NCBI GenBank assembly: GCA_037925075.1
Contig: JAXSNR010000001.1
Coordinates: 608,001 to 672,000, forward strand
From: Aquificaceae bacterium
Lineage (GTDB): Bacteria; Aquificota; Aquificia; Aquificales; Aquificaceae
Direction of reading: 5' to 3'
Length of the DNA stretch: 64,000 nt
Shown: positions 48,726 through 58,663 of the stretch, one piece after another
How positions within the stretch are numbered: the first letter of the stretch is position 1
Layout: every line of letters starts with the position of its first letter
Notes under the pieces: generated by a model
Seen by the model: the letters and a program-made list of their open reading frames with translations, nothing else
Told to the model about the DNA's origin: nothing
Databases searched by the model: none
Translations under genes and position numbers: made by a program

Positions 48726-51700
48726 ATGGTCATGGGGGATTTTGTTCATCTACACCTTCATACCCAGTATTCCCTTCTGGATGGTGCCATAAAGGTAAAG
48801 GACTTAGCAAAGAGGGCAAAGGAGCTAAACTACAAGGCCGTTGCCATCACAGACCATGGGAACCTTTTTGGTATTCTGGACTTTTACAAAAGCATGAAGA
48901 AGGTGGGCATAAAGCCCATAATAGGCATGGAAGCTTACTTTACCACCGGATCTCGCCACGATAGGAAAGGCAAGGGTTCCGAAGACAATATAACGGACAA
49001 GTACAACCACCACCTTATACTTATTGCAAAAGATGATAAGGGACTGAAAAACTTAATGAAACTCTCTACCCTATCCTACAAAGAAGGCTTTTACTACAAG
49101 CCAAGAATAGATTACGAGCTTCTCAGTCAGTATCATGAGGGGCTTATAGCCATAACTGCCTGTTTGAAAGGTGTTCCAACCTACTACGCAAGCATTGGGG
49201 AAGAGAAAAAGTCAGAGGAATGGGTAAAAAAGTTTCTTGACCTTTTTGGTGAAGACCTTTATCTTGAACTTCAGTCTAACTCCTTACCTGAGCAAGAAAA
49301 AGCCAACAGAACGCTTGTAGATATAGCCAAGAGGTTTGGGGTAAAGCTAATTGCTACCAATGACTCCCATTATCTTATGCCAGAAGACAGGCTTGCCCAT
49401 CAGGTGCTTATGGCAATTCAGATGAAGAAGACTCTTATGGAAATACAGCAAGGTGGTGGTTTCAAGTGTGCCAATGAAGGGCTTCATTTTGCCTCTCCAG
49501 AAGAGGTATGGGAAAAGTTTCGTGGAAAGTTCCAAGGATGGGAAGAGGCACTTATAAATACCCTTGAGGTGGCGGAAAAGACCGCAGACAGCTTTGAAAT
49601 TTTGGAGGGTGGCTCTTATCTTATGCCTCAATTTTTCACCGATGGTACCTCCCTTGGAGAATTTCTAAAAAACCTTGCAATAAAAGGCTTAAGGCAAAGA
49701 ATTGCACAGGGTTTGGTATCCGACAGTAAAGAATACTGGGACAGGCTTGAATACGAGCTTGATGTGGTCTCCCGTATGGGCTTTGAGGGCTACTTTTTGA
49801 TAGTTCAGGACTTTATAAACTGGGCAAAATCACAGGATATTCCCGTGGGTCCTGGTAGAGGTTCTGCCGCTGGATCCCTCCTTGCCTTTGCACTGGGCAT
49901 AACGGACGTGGACCCCATAAGGCATGGACTTTTGTTTGAAAGGTTTTTGAACCCAGAAAGGGTTTCCATGCCAGACATTGACGTAGATTTTTGCATGGAA
50001 AACAGGGATAGGGTCATAGAGTACGTGAAGGCTAAGTATGGCTCTGAAAATGTCGCACAGATCATTACCTACAACATAATGAAGGCAAAGCAAACCCTAA
50101 GGGATGTTGCCCGTGCCCTTGGCATACCCTATCAGACCGCAGATACCTTAGCCAAACTTATACCACAGGGTGACGTTCAAGGCACATGGCTTTCTTTGGA
50201 GGAGATGTTCCTCACACCAATAGAAGAGCTTCTTGAAAAGTACGGAAGGCACAGAACAGACATAGAGGAAAATGCCACACGTTTCAGGAGGCTATGCGAG
50301 GAAAATCCGGAAATAAAAAAGCTTGTGGAGATTGCTTTAAGGCTTGAAGGTCTTACAAGACACACTTCACTACATGCGGCGGGTGTGGTGATAGCACCAA
50401 AGCCTCTTGAGGAGCTACTGCCCTTGTACTACGACAAGGATGGAGCGATCGCAACACAGTTTGACATGGCAAAGCTTGAAGAGCTTGGCCTTATAAAGAT
50501 GGACTTTTTGGGGCTTAAAACCCTTACAGAGCTCCAAAGAATGAGGGAACTTATAAAAGAAAGGCACCATATAGACATAAATTATCTGAACCTATCCCTT
50601 GACGATGAAAGGGTTTATAAACTTCTCAAAGAAGGCAATACCACGGGAGTTTTCCAGTTAGAAAGCTCTGGCATGAAAAACCTTCTCAGAAGGCTTGCAC
50701 CCGATAGCTTTGACGATATTGTGGCTGTGCTTGCCCTCTACAGACCTGGACCACTAAAGAGCGGTCTTGTGGACAGCTACATAAACAGAAAGCACGGAAA
50801 GGAACAAGTGAGATATCCTTTTCCAGAGCTTGAACATGTCCTCAAAGAGACTTACGGCGTATGGGTTTATCAGGAGCAGATCATGAAAGCCTCCCAGATC
50901 CTTGCTGGCTTTACACCCGGCGAAGCTGATACCCTTAGAAAAGCCATAGGCAAGAAAAAGGCAGACCTTATGGCTCAGATGAAGGAAAAGTTCATAAAAG
51001 GTGCGGTAGAAAGCGGCTATGACGAGACAAAGATAACTCAGTTATGGGAAGACATAGAAAAGTTTGCCAGCTACTCCTTTAACAAATCTCACTCGGTAGC
51101 CTATGGCTATCTCTCTTACTGGACAGCCTACGTAAAGGCACACTACCCAGAGGAATTTTTCTGCGTAAAGCTATCCACGGAAAAGAACGACAAGAAGTTT
51201 ATAAACCTTTTGAAGGATGCAAAAAACCAAGGCTTCAGGCTGTTGCCACCAGACATAAATAGAAGTGGTATGGATTTTGTTATAGAGGCTACAAAGACAA
51301 TAAGGTTTGGGCTTGCCCGCATAAAGGGAGTTGGCGAAGATACCGCAAGGTTAATAGTGGAAAGCAGAAAAAGACCCTGGACTTCTTTTGGAGACTTTGT
51401 AAGAAGTATGGACAACAAAAAGGTGAACAAAAAGACCCTTGAAGCCCTCATAAAGGCGGGAGCCTTTGACAACTTTGGAGAAAAAAGATGTGAACTCCTT
51501 CAAAGGTTGGAAGGAGGCTCCGCACTTCTCGGTAAAGGACTGTTTGTCACAAAGGAAGAGAAAAGGGAAGAGGACTATTCTAAATATGAAAAGGAAGTGC
51601 TTGGCTTTTATGTATCTTCACACCCACTTGACCCGTACGAAAAGCTTCTCAAGGGTAAGGTGTCAGAGCTTGAAGTATTGGAAGAGGTAGAAGAAGGTAC

Positions 51701-52196
51701 TTATACCTTCGCAGGGGCTATAACAGAGCTAAAAGTGAAGAAGACTCAAAAGGGCAACTACGTTGCCCTGTTTAACCTTGTGGACAAAACAGGCATGGCA
51801 CAGGTCTTTGTCTTTCCAGAGACTTATTCACAGAACAGCGAGAAGATAAAGGAAGATATGGTAATCGTTGGTAAGTTTGATGTGGATATGGATCAAGAAA
51901 CAGAAGATGTAAAACTTTTACTAAGAGAAGTCTATACACCAGAAGAATTTTTAAGGAGTGAAGGAATGAAAATAAAGTTAGTTTTCCTTAAAGAGCTTAA
52001 AGAAGAAGCACTCTTGAAGTTAAGAGAGCTGATAAAAGAATGTGAAGATCCAGAAGGAAAAGAGCTTACCCTTGAACTTAGAATAAACGGATACACAACG
52101 CTACTTCATGCAGACCCAAGAATAAAGGTTGGAACGCATATATTAAAACTAAGGGACAAGTTTAGAGAAATGGGAATAAATTTAGAGGTTTCATAA
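48726..52196 (+). CDS. dnaE: DNA polymerase III alpha subunit
   Basis: PHP (HLHLHT, TDHG), GRGSAAGS, PDIDVDF, FNKSH; no intein evident. Confidence 0.97.
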   Translation: MVMGDFVHLHLHTQYSLLDGAIKVKDLAKRAKELNYKAVAITDHGNLFGILDFYKSMKKVGIKPIIGMEAYFTTGSRHDRKGKGSEDNITDKYNHHLILIAKDDKGLKNLMKLSTLSYKEGFYYKPRIDYELLSQYHEGLIAITACLKGVPTYYASIGEEKKSEEWVKKFLDLFGEDLYLELQSNSLPEQEKANRTLVDIAKRFGVKLIATNDSHYLMPEDRLAHQVLMAIQMKKTLMEIQQGGGFKCANEGLHFASPEEVWEKFRGKFQGWEEALINTLEVAEKTADSFEILEGGSYLMPQFFTDGTSLGEFLKNLAIKGLRQRIAQGLVSDSKEYWDRLEYELDVVSRMGFEGYFLIVQDFINWAKSQDIPVGPGRGSAAGSLLAFALGITDVDPIRHGLLFERFLNPERVSMPDIDVDFCMENRDRVIEYVKAKYGSENVAQIITYNIMKAKQTLRDVARALGIPYQTADTLAKLIPQGDVQGTWLSLEEMFLTPIEELLEKYGRHRTDIEENATRFRRLCEENPEIKKLVEIALRLEGLTRHTSLHAAGVVIAPKPLEELLPLYYDKDGAIATQFDMAKLEELGLIKMDFLGLKTLTELQRMRELIKERHHIDINYLNLSLDDERVYKLLKEGNTTGVFQLESSGMKNLLRRLAPDSFDDIVAVLALYRPGPLKSGLVDSYINRKHGKEQVRYPFPELEHVLKETYGVWVYQEQIMKASQILAGFTPGEADTLRKAIGKKKADLMAQMKEKFIKGAVESGYDETKITQLWEDIEKFASYSFNKSHSVAYGYLSYWTAYVKAHYPEEFFCVKLSTEKNDKKFINLLKDAKNQGFRLLPPDINRSGMDFVIEATKTIRFGLARIKGVGEDTARLIVESRKRPWTSFGDFVRSMDNKKVNKKTLEALIKAGAFDNFGEKRCELLQRLEGGSALLGKGLFVTKEEKREEDYSKYEKEVLGFYVSSHPLDPYEKLLKGKVSELEVLEEVEEGTYTFAGAITELKVKKTQKGNYVALFNLVDKTGMAQVFVFPETYSQNSEKIKEDMVIVGKFDVDMDQETEDVKLLLREVYTPEEFLRSEGMKIKLVFLKELKEEALLKLRELIKECEDPEGKELTLELRINGYTTLLHADPRIKVGTHILKLRDKFREMGINLEVS

Positions 52197-52544
52197 AAGG
52201 GGGAATACGGGGAAGGTTTTTATATCTCCGCCAGAGTCTAAAATATGTATATGAGTGCTTACATATTCAAGAAGGTACGCTATATCTATACCTCTAAAGC
52301 AATTTCTACAAGGTTGAAGCTGTCCATAAACCATCTTTAAAACCCTTATACAGCTATCTCTTCTTCCGCAAAGGTAGTGATTGTAAGCTATGGCAAGCCT
52401 TATAAGCCCTTGGTAGCAGTTTCTTGAAAATTTGTCTTCCTTTGGAAAAAGCCTCCATATGTCTTCAAGCACCTCATGTGCTGAATAAAAATCTCCACTA
52501 TCCCAAAGCCTTTTTACTTCTTGCAGAAGCTCCTTCTCGCTCAA
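52191..52544 (-). CDS. DUF309 family protein
   Basis: FYSAHEVLEDIW, YQGLI. Confidence 0.82.
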   Translation of the reverse strand: MSEKELLQEVKRLWDSGDFYSAHEVLEDIWRLFPKEDKFSRNCYQGLIRLAIAYNHYLCGRRDSCIRVLKMVYGQLQPCRNCFRGIDIAYLLEYVSTHIHILDSGGDIKTFPVFPLL

Positions 52545-52831
52545 GTCTTCATTCCTATGGCAAAGCCCACCGCAAAACTGCCAGCGAAGGCAAGCTTCCT
52601 GATAAGACCTTGCACAAACTCCGTAAAGCCCTCAAACATACCCTTGAAAAACACAAAAAGCTGTCCCCAATGCACCTCTATTATTCCCTTGCTTGCAAGC
52701 CACATCAGAGACAAAATGTACAAACCAAGCAGGAGAAGGAAGAGGTTAAGCACCCTTTTTATCGCAAAGCCCACTACAAAGCCGGCAAAGCCAGCATATC
52801 CCATATCCAGTAGCATATCGCCCCAGTTCAT
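52541..52831 (-). CDS. FUN14 family membrane protein
   Basis: GFVVGFAIK, GIIEVHW, SFAVGF. Confidence 0.78.
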   Translation of the reverse strand: MNWGDMLLDMGYAGFAGFVVGFAIKRVLNLFLLLLGLYILSLMWLASKGIIEVHWGQLFVFFKGMFEGFTEFVQGLIRKLAFAGSFAVGFAIGMKT

Positions 52832-53943
52832 TGATATCTAAACACGCTTGGGTTGAGGATATCTGGATAGCTTGTGGTCATTTCGTAGTCAAAGAGCTGT
52901 TTTCTTATCCTCTCAAGGTCTGACCTTGTGGGTTTGAAGGGATAGCTCTTTATATCACTTACTGAGCTGTCTCCAAAGGGCCTGTTGCAGGCGACCTCTG
53001 TGGTCTTACCCCTACATCCCGAGGTCATAAAGGGTCTTCCACTCCAGAAGAGCTCTTCAAAGGTGTCCTTGTCTATTCCAAAGTCCAACACCTGACCCTT
53101 TTCGTTAAACTTCATATCCTCGTAACGGGCGATTTGGTTGTCTATAAGGTATCTTGCAAACTGCACCCTTCTGTACTGAGGTGCTGGGCATGGCTTTTCC
53201 TTTTCCATCATGGAGCCTTCTTCTGGCCAGAAGGAGAAAAGATGCGTCCTTGCTCCAAGGTCTCTAACCTTTTGTATGGTTTCTATCATCTCCTGCTCTG
53301 TTTCACCAAGGCCTACCACAAGATGGCATCCCGCATATCCATCTCCCATCACATCGCACGCCCATTCAAGCACCTTCCAGAAGGTCTCCCATCGGTGAGG
53401 GCTGTTCATAGGCTTACCGCGTAGCCTTTCAAAAACCTCAGGCGTTCCACAGTCTATGGCGACCGTAACCGTATCCGCACCAAGCCTTTTGTAATCTTCC
53501 ATATCCTCATAGGTGGTGCCAGTGGCGTTTATCAGGAGAGATACAAAAAGCTGGTCTCCAAGCTCAGAGAGAACCCTTTTTAGCACGTACTTGGTGTCTC
53601 TAATTGCTCTTGGATGGGTTATCTGGGCTATGCAAAGCCTTTCCACATGCCCAACCTTTTTGGCTCTATCTATGATATCCTCCAACTTTACAGTAGGCCA
53701 TTCAACCCTTATAAAGTTCTTCTTTGAGTACTCCATCTCCCTTGCCTTCTGAAGTCCACAGTAGGCACAAGTCGCATGGCACCCAGATGGATACGTAAGA
53801 AGTGTATTTATACAGCTAAGCCTTGTATTCCTGTAAAACTGCCCCGGGACTATACCAAGAGTCATGGCGGCAGCCATGCTTATCTGAAGATATTCGGGGC
53901 TTTCCTTTTGCTCTGTTAGCCTTTCAAGAACCAGCCTATCCAT
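52828..53943 (-). CDS. Radical SAM protein, LipS2-like sulfur-insertion enzyme
   Basis: CHATCAYC (CxxxCxxC) and C-terminal TSGC...CNRP motif. Confidence 0.7.
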   Translation of the reverse strand: MDRLVLERLTEQKESPEYLQISMAAAMTLGIVPGQFYRNTRLSCINTLLTYPSGCHATCAYCGLQKAREMEYSKKNFIRVEWPTVKLEDIIDRAKKVGHVERLCIAQITHPRAIRDTKYVLKRVLSELGDQLFVSLLINATGTTYEDMEDYKRLGADTVTVAIDCGTPEVFERLRGKPMNSPHRWETFWKVLEWACDVMGDGYAGCHLVVGLGETEQEMIETIQKVRDLGARTHLFSFWPEEGSMMEKEKPCPAPQYRRVQFARYLIDNQIARYEDMKFNEKGQVLDFGIDKDTFEELFWSGRPFMTSGCRGKTTEVACNRPFGDSSVSDIKSYPFKPTRSDLERIRKQLFDYEMTTSYPDILNPSVFRYQ

Positions 53944-54017
53944 CCTTACACCTCCAGAAAGTTATTATAAGCCTTCACAAAGCCACACCTTTAAAATCTT
54001 CTTATAACTTTATAAGC

Positions 54018-54440
54018 TTATCTTTTGCCTTTCTTTTCCAGCACAATCTTTGAGACTTTGGCTGCCTTTTGAGGGTCCATAGCCTCCAATATGGCAGCGG
54101 CCTGCCTTTCTTTTAGATTTAACAAAACCTCAGCGGCGAGGCTTGGTTCAAGGTTATTCATTATTGCACCTGCCTCATCGGGAGATGCCTTGTTAAATAT
54201 ATCCACAAGTTTTTTAACCTCAGGTCTTTGCTCCTCCTTTTGCGTGGGTACTTTCTTGAGTTCTTCAAGTTTTTTACGCTCTTCTTCTATTCTTCTTAGC
54301 TTTTCTTCAAGGTCTCTTGAAATGGAGCTAATTTCCTCTTTTGCCTTTTTTTCCTTTTCTTCTTTGAGCTTTTTCTGGATTGCGGACTGAGAAAGGGCAA
54401 AACTGGAAACCAACAACAGGAAAATAATGCCTCTAAGCAT
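54018..54440 (-). CDS. MotE/FlbB-like (MgtE N-terminal-like) flagellar-associated protein
   Basis: Signal/TM, coiled coil, EAGAIM..AAEVL..AAAILEAMDPQKAA repeats. Confidence 0.7.
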   Translation of the reverse strand: MLRGIIFLLLVSSFALSQSAIQKKLKEEKEKKAKEEISSISRDLEEKLRRIEEERKKLEELKKVPTQKEEQRPEVKKLVDIFNKASPDEAGAIMNNLEPSLAAEVLLNLKERQAAAILEAMDPQKAAKVSKIVLEKKGKR

Positions 54441-54840
54441 TTCTATACCTTTGCCTTATAAGGTACATAAATCCCAGATTTTGTGATTCAAGATTTAGAT
54501 TTTTGGCCATGTTTTCCTTTTCTTTGTTTAAACTTATTATGTCAAGAGCTTTGATGTCCCTGTAAGCCTGTTTGAGCTTTTCCTTCTTTTCTTCCTTCAA
54601 AAGCTTCAGTTTGCGAAGTTCTTCTGTAAGTTCCCTCTTCCTTGCCATAAGGGCCCTGTACTGGAAAAGGAGTCCTTCGGAAAAGGACTCTTTTATCTCT
54701 TCATTTATGCTATCCGCGTTATTTTCTAAAAGCCTTATCTCCTTCTTTATTATCTCAATCCGCATGTTTATCTCCTTCAATTCCCTTGCCCTCGCTTCCT
54801 TTATACCATCCTTAATCTTTATTATCCTTTTAATAGACAT
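54433..54840 (-). CDS. FliJ-like coiled-coil protein
   Basis: About 135-aa coiled coil upstream of the MotE-like gene; start reassigned to MSIKR. Confidence 0.5.
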   Translation of the reverse strand: MSIKRIIKIKDGIKEARARELKEINMRIEIIKKEIRLLENNADSINEEIKESFSEGLLFQYRALMARKRELTEELRKLKLLKEEKKEKLKQAYRDIKALDIISLNKEKENMAKNLNLESQNLGFMYLIRQRYRNA

Positions 54841-54899
54841 AAGAAAATTATAAACCCTGTATTCAAAAGGTGTAAGTGTCTTGCTATAATGAAAAAGAG

Positions 54900-56426
54900 A
54901 TGTTTTGTCGTGTAAAAAGCGGTGGCATATTGGGGATAGAGGGATTTGAGGTGGATGTGGAGGTAGATATTGCCAACGGTTTACCACAGTTCTCCATAGT
55001 AGGACTTGGAGATAAGGCCATCAACGAAGCCAAAGACAGGGTAAGGTCTGCCCTCAAAAACTCCGGCTTCCAGCTACCACTAAAAAGAATAACCGTAAAC
55101 CTTTCTCCCTCACATCTAAAAAAGCAGGGAACCCACTATGACCTACCTATAGCCTTGGGCATTCTCAAGCTTTCCACAGGTATAGATTTCCCAGAAGATT
55201 GGGTGGTTCTCGGTGAGCTGTCCTTAGATGGTAAGATAAACGCGGTCAAGGGTGTCCTTCCTGTGGTCTTGTCTCTTAGAAATCTTGGTTATAGACGTTT
55301 TGTGGTTCCAGATGGCAACGCAAGAGAAGCCAGCCTTGTGGATGGTGTGGAGGTCTACGCCTTTGAAAGTTTGAGAGATGTGGTAGACTTTTTGTCTGGA
55401 AACCTTTCCAAAAATCCCATAGAGGGCAAAGTAAAGGATATATTTAATCAAGAAAACTCCTTTGATATGGATTTTAGTGAGGTCTACGGCCAACATCAGG
55501 CAAAAAGAGCCATGGAAATATCTGCAGCGGGGTTTCATCATGCTTTGCTGGTAGGACCACCCGGAGCTGGTAAAAGCATGCTTGCCAAGAGACTCATCAC
55601 CATATTGCCACCCTTGACCTTTGAAGAGGCTGTGGAGATAACGCGCATATACAGCGTGGCAGGTCTTTTGAGTAGTGAAAATCCTCTCATAACAAAAAGG
55701 CCCTTTAGAAACCCTCTTACAAATGCCTCGGACTCTGCCCTAGTAGGTGGTGGCTCGGTACCTCAGCCGGGTGAGGTCTCTCTTGCCCATAGGGGGATCT
55801 TGTTTCTTGATGAGTTTCCAGAGTTTAGCAGAAAGGCCATAGAAGCCCTTAGACAACCTTTGGAGGACGGAAGGGTCACCGTATCAAGAGTAGGTGGTAG
55901 GATAACTTTTCCTGCGGAGTTTCTCCTCGTGGTGGCTATGAACCCATGTACATGCGGTAACTACGGAAATCCCTACAAAGCCTGCGTATGCACACCCATG
56001 CAGTTAAAAGCCTATCAGTCAAAAATATCCGGTCCAATAATGGACAGGATAGACATCAAGGTATGGGTATATCCAGTAGATAAAGAAGATTTACTAAAGA
56101 TTTCCTCAGGAGAAAGCTCAGCCCAAATCAGGGAAAGGGTTATAAGGGCAGTTCAAATCCAGAGAGAAAGGTTTAAAAACAGCCAGACAAAGTACAACTC
56201 CCGCATGACCAACGAGGAAGTGAAAAAACACTGCCCCATGACTCAAGAAGCCCATTCCTTGCTAAAAGGTGCCATAGAGAGGCTAAAGCTTACCGGCAGG
56301 GGTTATATAAAAACTCTAAAGGTGGCAAGAACCATAGCAGACCTTGAAGGAGAAGAAAAGATATCAAGCCACCACATAGCAGAAGCCCTTCAGTTTAGAA
56401 TAGACGAGAAGAAACCTACACTATGA
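54900..56426 (+). CDS. comM: YifB/ComM Mg-chelatase-like AAA+ ATPase
   Basis: ChlI-like N-terminus, GPPGAGKS, GEVSLAHRG, LDEFPEF, CxCG..C. Confidence 0.9.
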   Translation: MFCRVKSGGILGIEGFEVDVEVDIANGLPQFSIVGLGDKAINEAKDRVRSALKNSGFQLPLKRITVNLSPSHLKKQGTHYDLPIALGILKLSTGIDFPEDWVVLGELSLDGKINAVKGVLPVVLSLRNLGYRRFVVPDGNAREASLVDGVEVYAFESLRDVVDFLSGNLSKNPIEGKVKDIFNQENSFDMDFSEVYGQHQAKRAMEISAAGFHHALLVGPPGAGKSMLAKRLITILPPLTFEEAVEITRIYSVAGLLSSENPLITKRPFRNPLTNASDSALVGGGSVPQPGEVSLAHRGILFLDEFPEFSRKAIEALRQPLEDGRVTVSRVGGRITFPAEFLLVVAMNPCTCGNYGNPYKACVCTPMQLKAYQSKISGPIMDRIDIKVWVYPVDKEDLLKISSGESSAQIRERVIRAVQIQRERFKNSQTKYNSRMTNEEVKKHCPMTQEAHSLLKGAIERLKLTGRGYIKTLKVARTIADLEGEEKISSHHIAEALQFRIDEKKPTL

Positions 56427-57006
56427 TTTAAATTCTACACCCTATTTCTAAGTAGGGTGTTTTTGACGACTTTTTAAAGGCGAATTCCACAGGGAATTAC
56501 ATATCCATTGACAAAACCTCATATATGACAAATATCATATTTGTAAGTAGTGTTTTTTACGTGATTTTTCAAACAGCGAATTTCACAGTTTTTCAGTTTT
56601 ACAAGGGGATTACATACCCTGTGAAATTCTTTTAGCACTATTTCTAAATAGCGCTTTTTCCGTTATTTTTTGACAAGGTGAAAAATCAAAAAATCATGGA
56701 AAAATCCATACTTAGAATACAGAGGTGTGAAATTGTGTAATTCACCTGAAGTAATTGATTATCAAGGATTTGTGTATTGAATAAAATAAAGGAATATAAA
56801 GCTTTTCAAAAAGGGGGTGAAATTACACTTTCCGCAAATGCCTGATTTTCAAAGATTTAGTAAAAAGGGTGTGAAATTCGTGGGGCTCCATTATTATCAC
56901 TGTATAGAAAAAAAATAAAGAGTAAAAATAATAAAGAGGGATTTCCACATGTGAAAAACAATCTAAGAGCCCTATGCCAAAAACAGATGCCCTGAAAACT
57001 TAAGCC
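56427..57006. other. Repeat-rich AT-rich intergenic region, candidate replication origin (oriC)
   Basis: 580-bp non-coding gap between convergent genes, with several AATTTCACA-like 9-mers in both orientations and an AT-rich tract. Confidence 0.5.
56437..56464 (+). terminator. Probable intrinsic terminator after comM
   Basis: ACACCCTA-N8-TAGGGTGT stem followed by TTTT. Confidence 0.55.
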
Positions 57007-58014
57007 TTATGTCAAACTCTCTGTGTGAAAAAGCCTTTCGTATCCTAAGTCTCCAAGCAGTTGGTAATCCTTTTTTATGTCCCTTCCAGCTCTTGTGAGA
57101 TAACCACCCACCATCATGGCGTTGGTCATAAGCACAGCCATACCGTGAAAATCTCTTAAATTCTGTTCTCTCCCCCCACAAAGCCTAAGCTCCGCCTTTG
57201 GGTTTGTAAACCTAAACATGGCTATTATTTTCAAAGCTTCCAAGGGTTTTACACCTGGAGCCTTTTCCAGAGGAGTACCCTCTATGGGCATAAGGAAGTT
57301 AAGAGGTATGGAATCCACTTCCAGCTTTCTGTATGTTAGTGCAAGGTCTACCCTATCTTCATCAGATTCTCCCATACCAAAAATACCACCACAGCACGTG
57401 GAAAGCCCAACAGACTTTATCCTCTTTATAGTTTCATACCTTTCTTTCCATGTATGTGTGCTTACTATCTTAGGAAAGAAGTTTTCTGAGGTCTCAAGGT
57501 TATGGTTTATCCTTTTAACGCCCGCTTCCTTTAACTTTTTTAAAGATTCCTCATCAATGGTTCCGGCGGAAACGCATACATTTATGGGAAGCTCTTCCCT
57601 TTTTATTTCTTCCACACCTTCGCATATCCTTTCTATTTCCTCCTGTGTGGCGGATTTACCACTAAGAACAATGCAGTACCTATTTGCACCGAATTCCACA
57701 CCTCTGTATGCACCTTCCAGCATCTCCTCCTTAGGTACAAGGTTGTATATGTTTATGGGAGTTTTGTAAAACTTTGACTGGGCACAGAATTTGCAATCTT
57801 CGGAACAGGCACCGCTTTTGGCGTTTATGATGGAGCAAAACTCTATCTTATCCGGTGGATGAAAGTGGTTTTTTACCTTCTGTGCTAAATAAACCATTAA
57901 TGCTATGTATTCATCGGGTATATGCAACAATCTCAAAGCGGTGTCTCTATCTATAGGCTCGTAGGCTATAGCCTTTTCGGTTATCTCAAAAAGAAAGCTC
58001 TCTATTCTATCCAT
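57007..58014 (-). CDS. bioB: Biotin synthase
   Basis: CSEDCKFCAQS, NHNLETS, CCGGIFG, GGYLT. Confidence 0.95.
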   Translation of the reverse strand: MDRIESFLFEITEKAIAYEPIDRDTALRLLHIPDEYIALMVYLAQKVKNHFHPPDKIEFCSIINAKSGACSEDCKFCAQSKFYKTPINIYNLVPKEEMLEGAYRGVEFGANRYCIVLSGKSATQEEIERICEGVEEIKREELPINVCVSAGTIDEESLKKLKEAGVKRINHNLETSENFFPKIVSTHTWKERYETIKRIKSVGLSTCCGGIFGMGESDEDRVDLALTYRKLEVDSIPLNFLMPIEGTPLEKAPGVKPLEALKIIAMFRFTNPKAELRLCGGREQNLRDFHGMAVLMTNAMMVGGYLTRAGRDIKKDYQLLGDLGYERLFHTESLT

Positions 58015-58043
58015 GTAAGCCTCCTATGGTAATTTTTAAGCTA

Positions 58044-58292
58044 TTAAATATATATCTCTTGTGTGAGTTCGCCTTGATAATTTAATCTGTCAAGGATAGC
58101 CTTGCCTCTCATGGATGTTATAAGGATCTCAAAAACCTTTTTGAAGGAGTACACCTTTATGAAGTCATCTGTAATTTCAATCTTCTCGGGAGGCTTACCT
58201 TCTTCCAGAATTATTATATTCTTGTATGATAGCTCTTCCTTCTCGTAGACTCTCGTGGGTTTTAAACTATTTTCCTTATTCCTATATGGCAT
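58044..58292 (-). CDS. Hypothetical protein
   Basis: 82-aa ORF with host-like codon usage upstream of bioB. Confidence 0.55.
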   Translation of the reverse strand: MPYRNKENSLKPTRVYEKEELSYKNIIILEEGKPPEKIEITDDFIKVYSFKKVFEILITSMRGKAILDRLNYQGELTQEIYI

Positions 58293-58297
58293 GACAG

Positions 58298-58663
58298 GTG
58301 CTTGTGATGAGGGTCAGGTTTAGAGTTTGGGTTTATAGCAAAGAGGGAAAAAGGCTTAGCAAGGATGACCTTATAAATTTCCGCGAGCCTTTGTATGTGG
58401 GTATGAGGTATGTGGTGGAGTTTAAGTACCTTGAGGCGACCAAGTGGCTTATGCTTTCAGAGGATTGTATGGAAAAGTACCTGCTTTTGGCACTTCTTAA
58501 TCTTTCTCTTGGTCAGGAATCTCAAGCCTTTGAGTTTTTGCAAGAAGCTAAGAAACATAAAAAAATCACGGATTATCTTTTTGCTGTAGAAAAGCCGGAG
58601 GAGGGTATAAGGGTGTTTATTGAAAAGCCAGAAGCCTCCTTGCCTGATTTTCTATTATCCTAG
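58298..58663 (+). CDS. Hypothetical protein
   Basis: ORF with host-like composition; exact start uncertain. Confidence 0.55.
   Translation: MLVMRVRFRVWVYSKEGKRLSKDDLINFREPLYVGMRYVVEFKYLEATKWLMLSEDCMEKYLLLALLNLSLGQESQAFEFLQEAKKHKKITDYLFAVEKPEEGIRVFIEKPEASLPDFLLS

Noticed and set aside
48036..48749. 237-aa minus-strand ORF
   Set aside because: Antisense to the well-supported ODP gene and overlaps the dnaE start; no motifs.
48726..52196. Intein in dnaE
   Set aside because: Length is typical and no intein splice-junction or LAGLIDADG motifs are apparent.
56427..57006. Possible CRISPR array in the repeat-rich gap
   Set aside because: Repeats are short, degenerate, irregularly spaced and in both orientations; there is no repeat-spacer structure and no cas genes.
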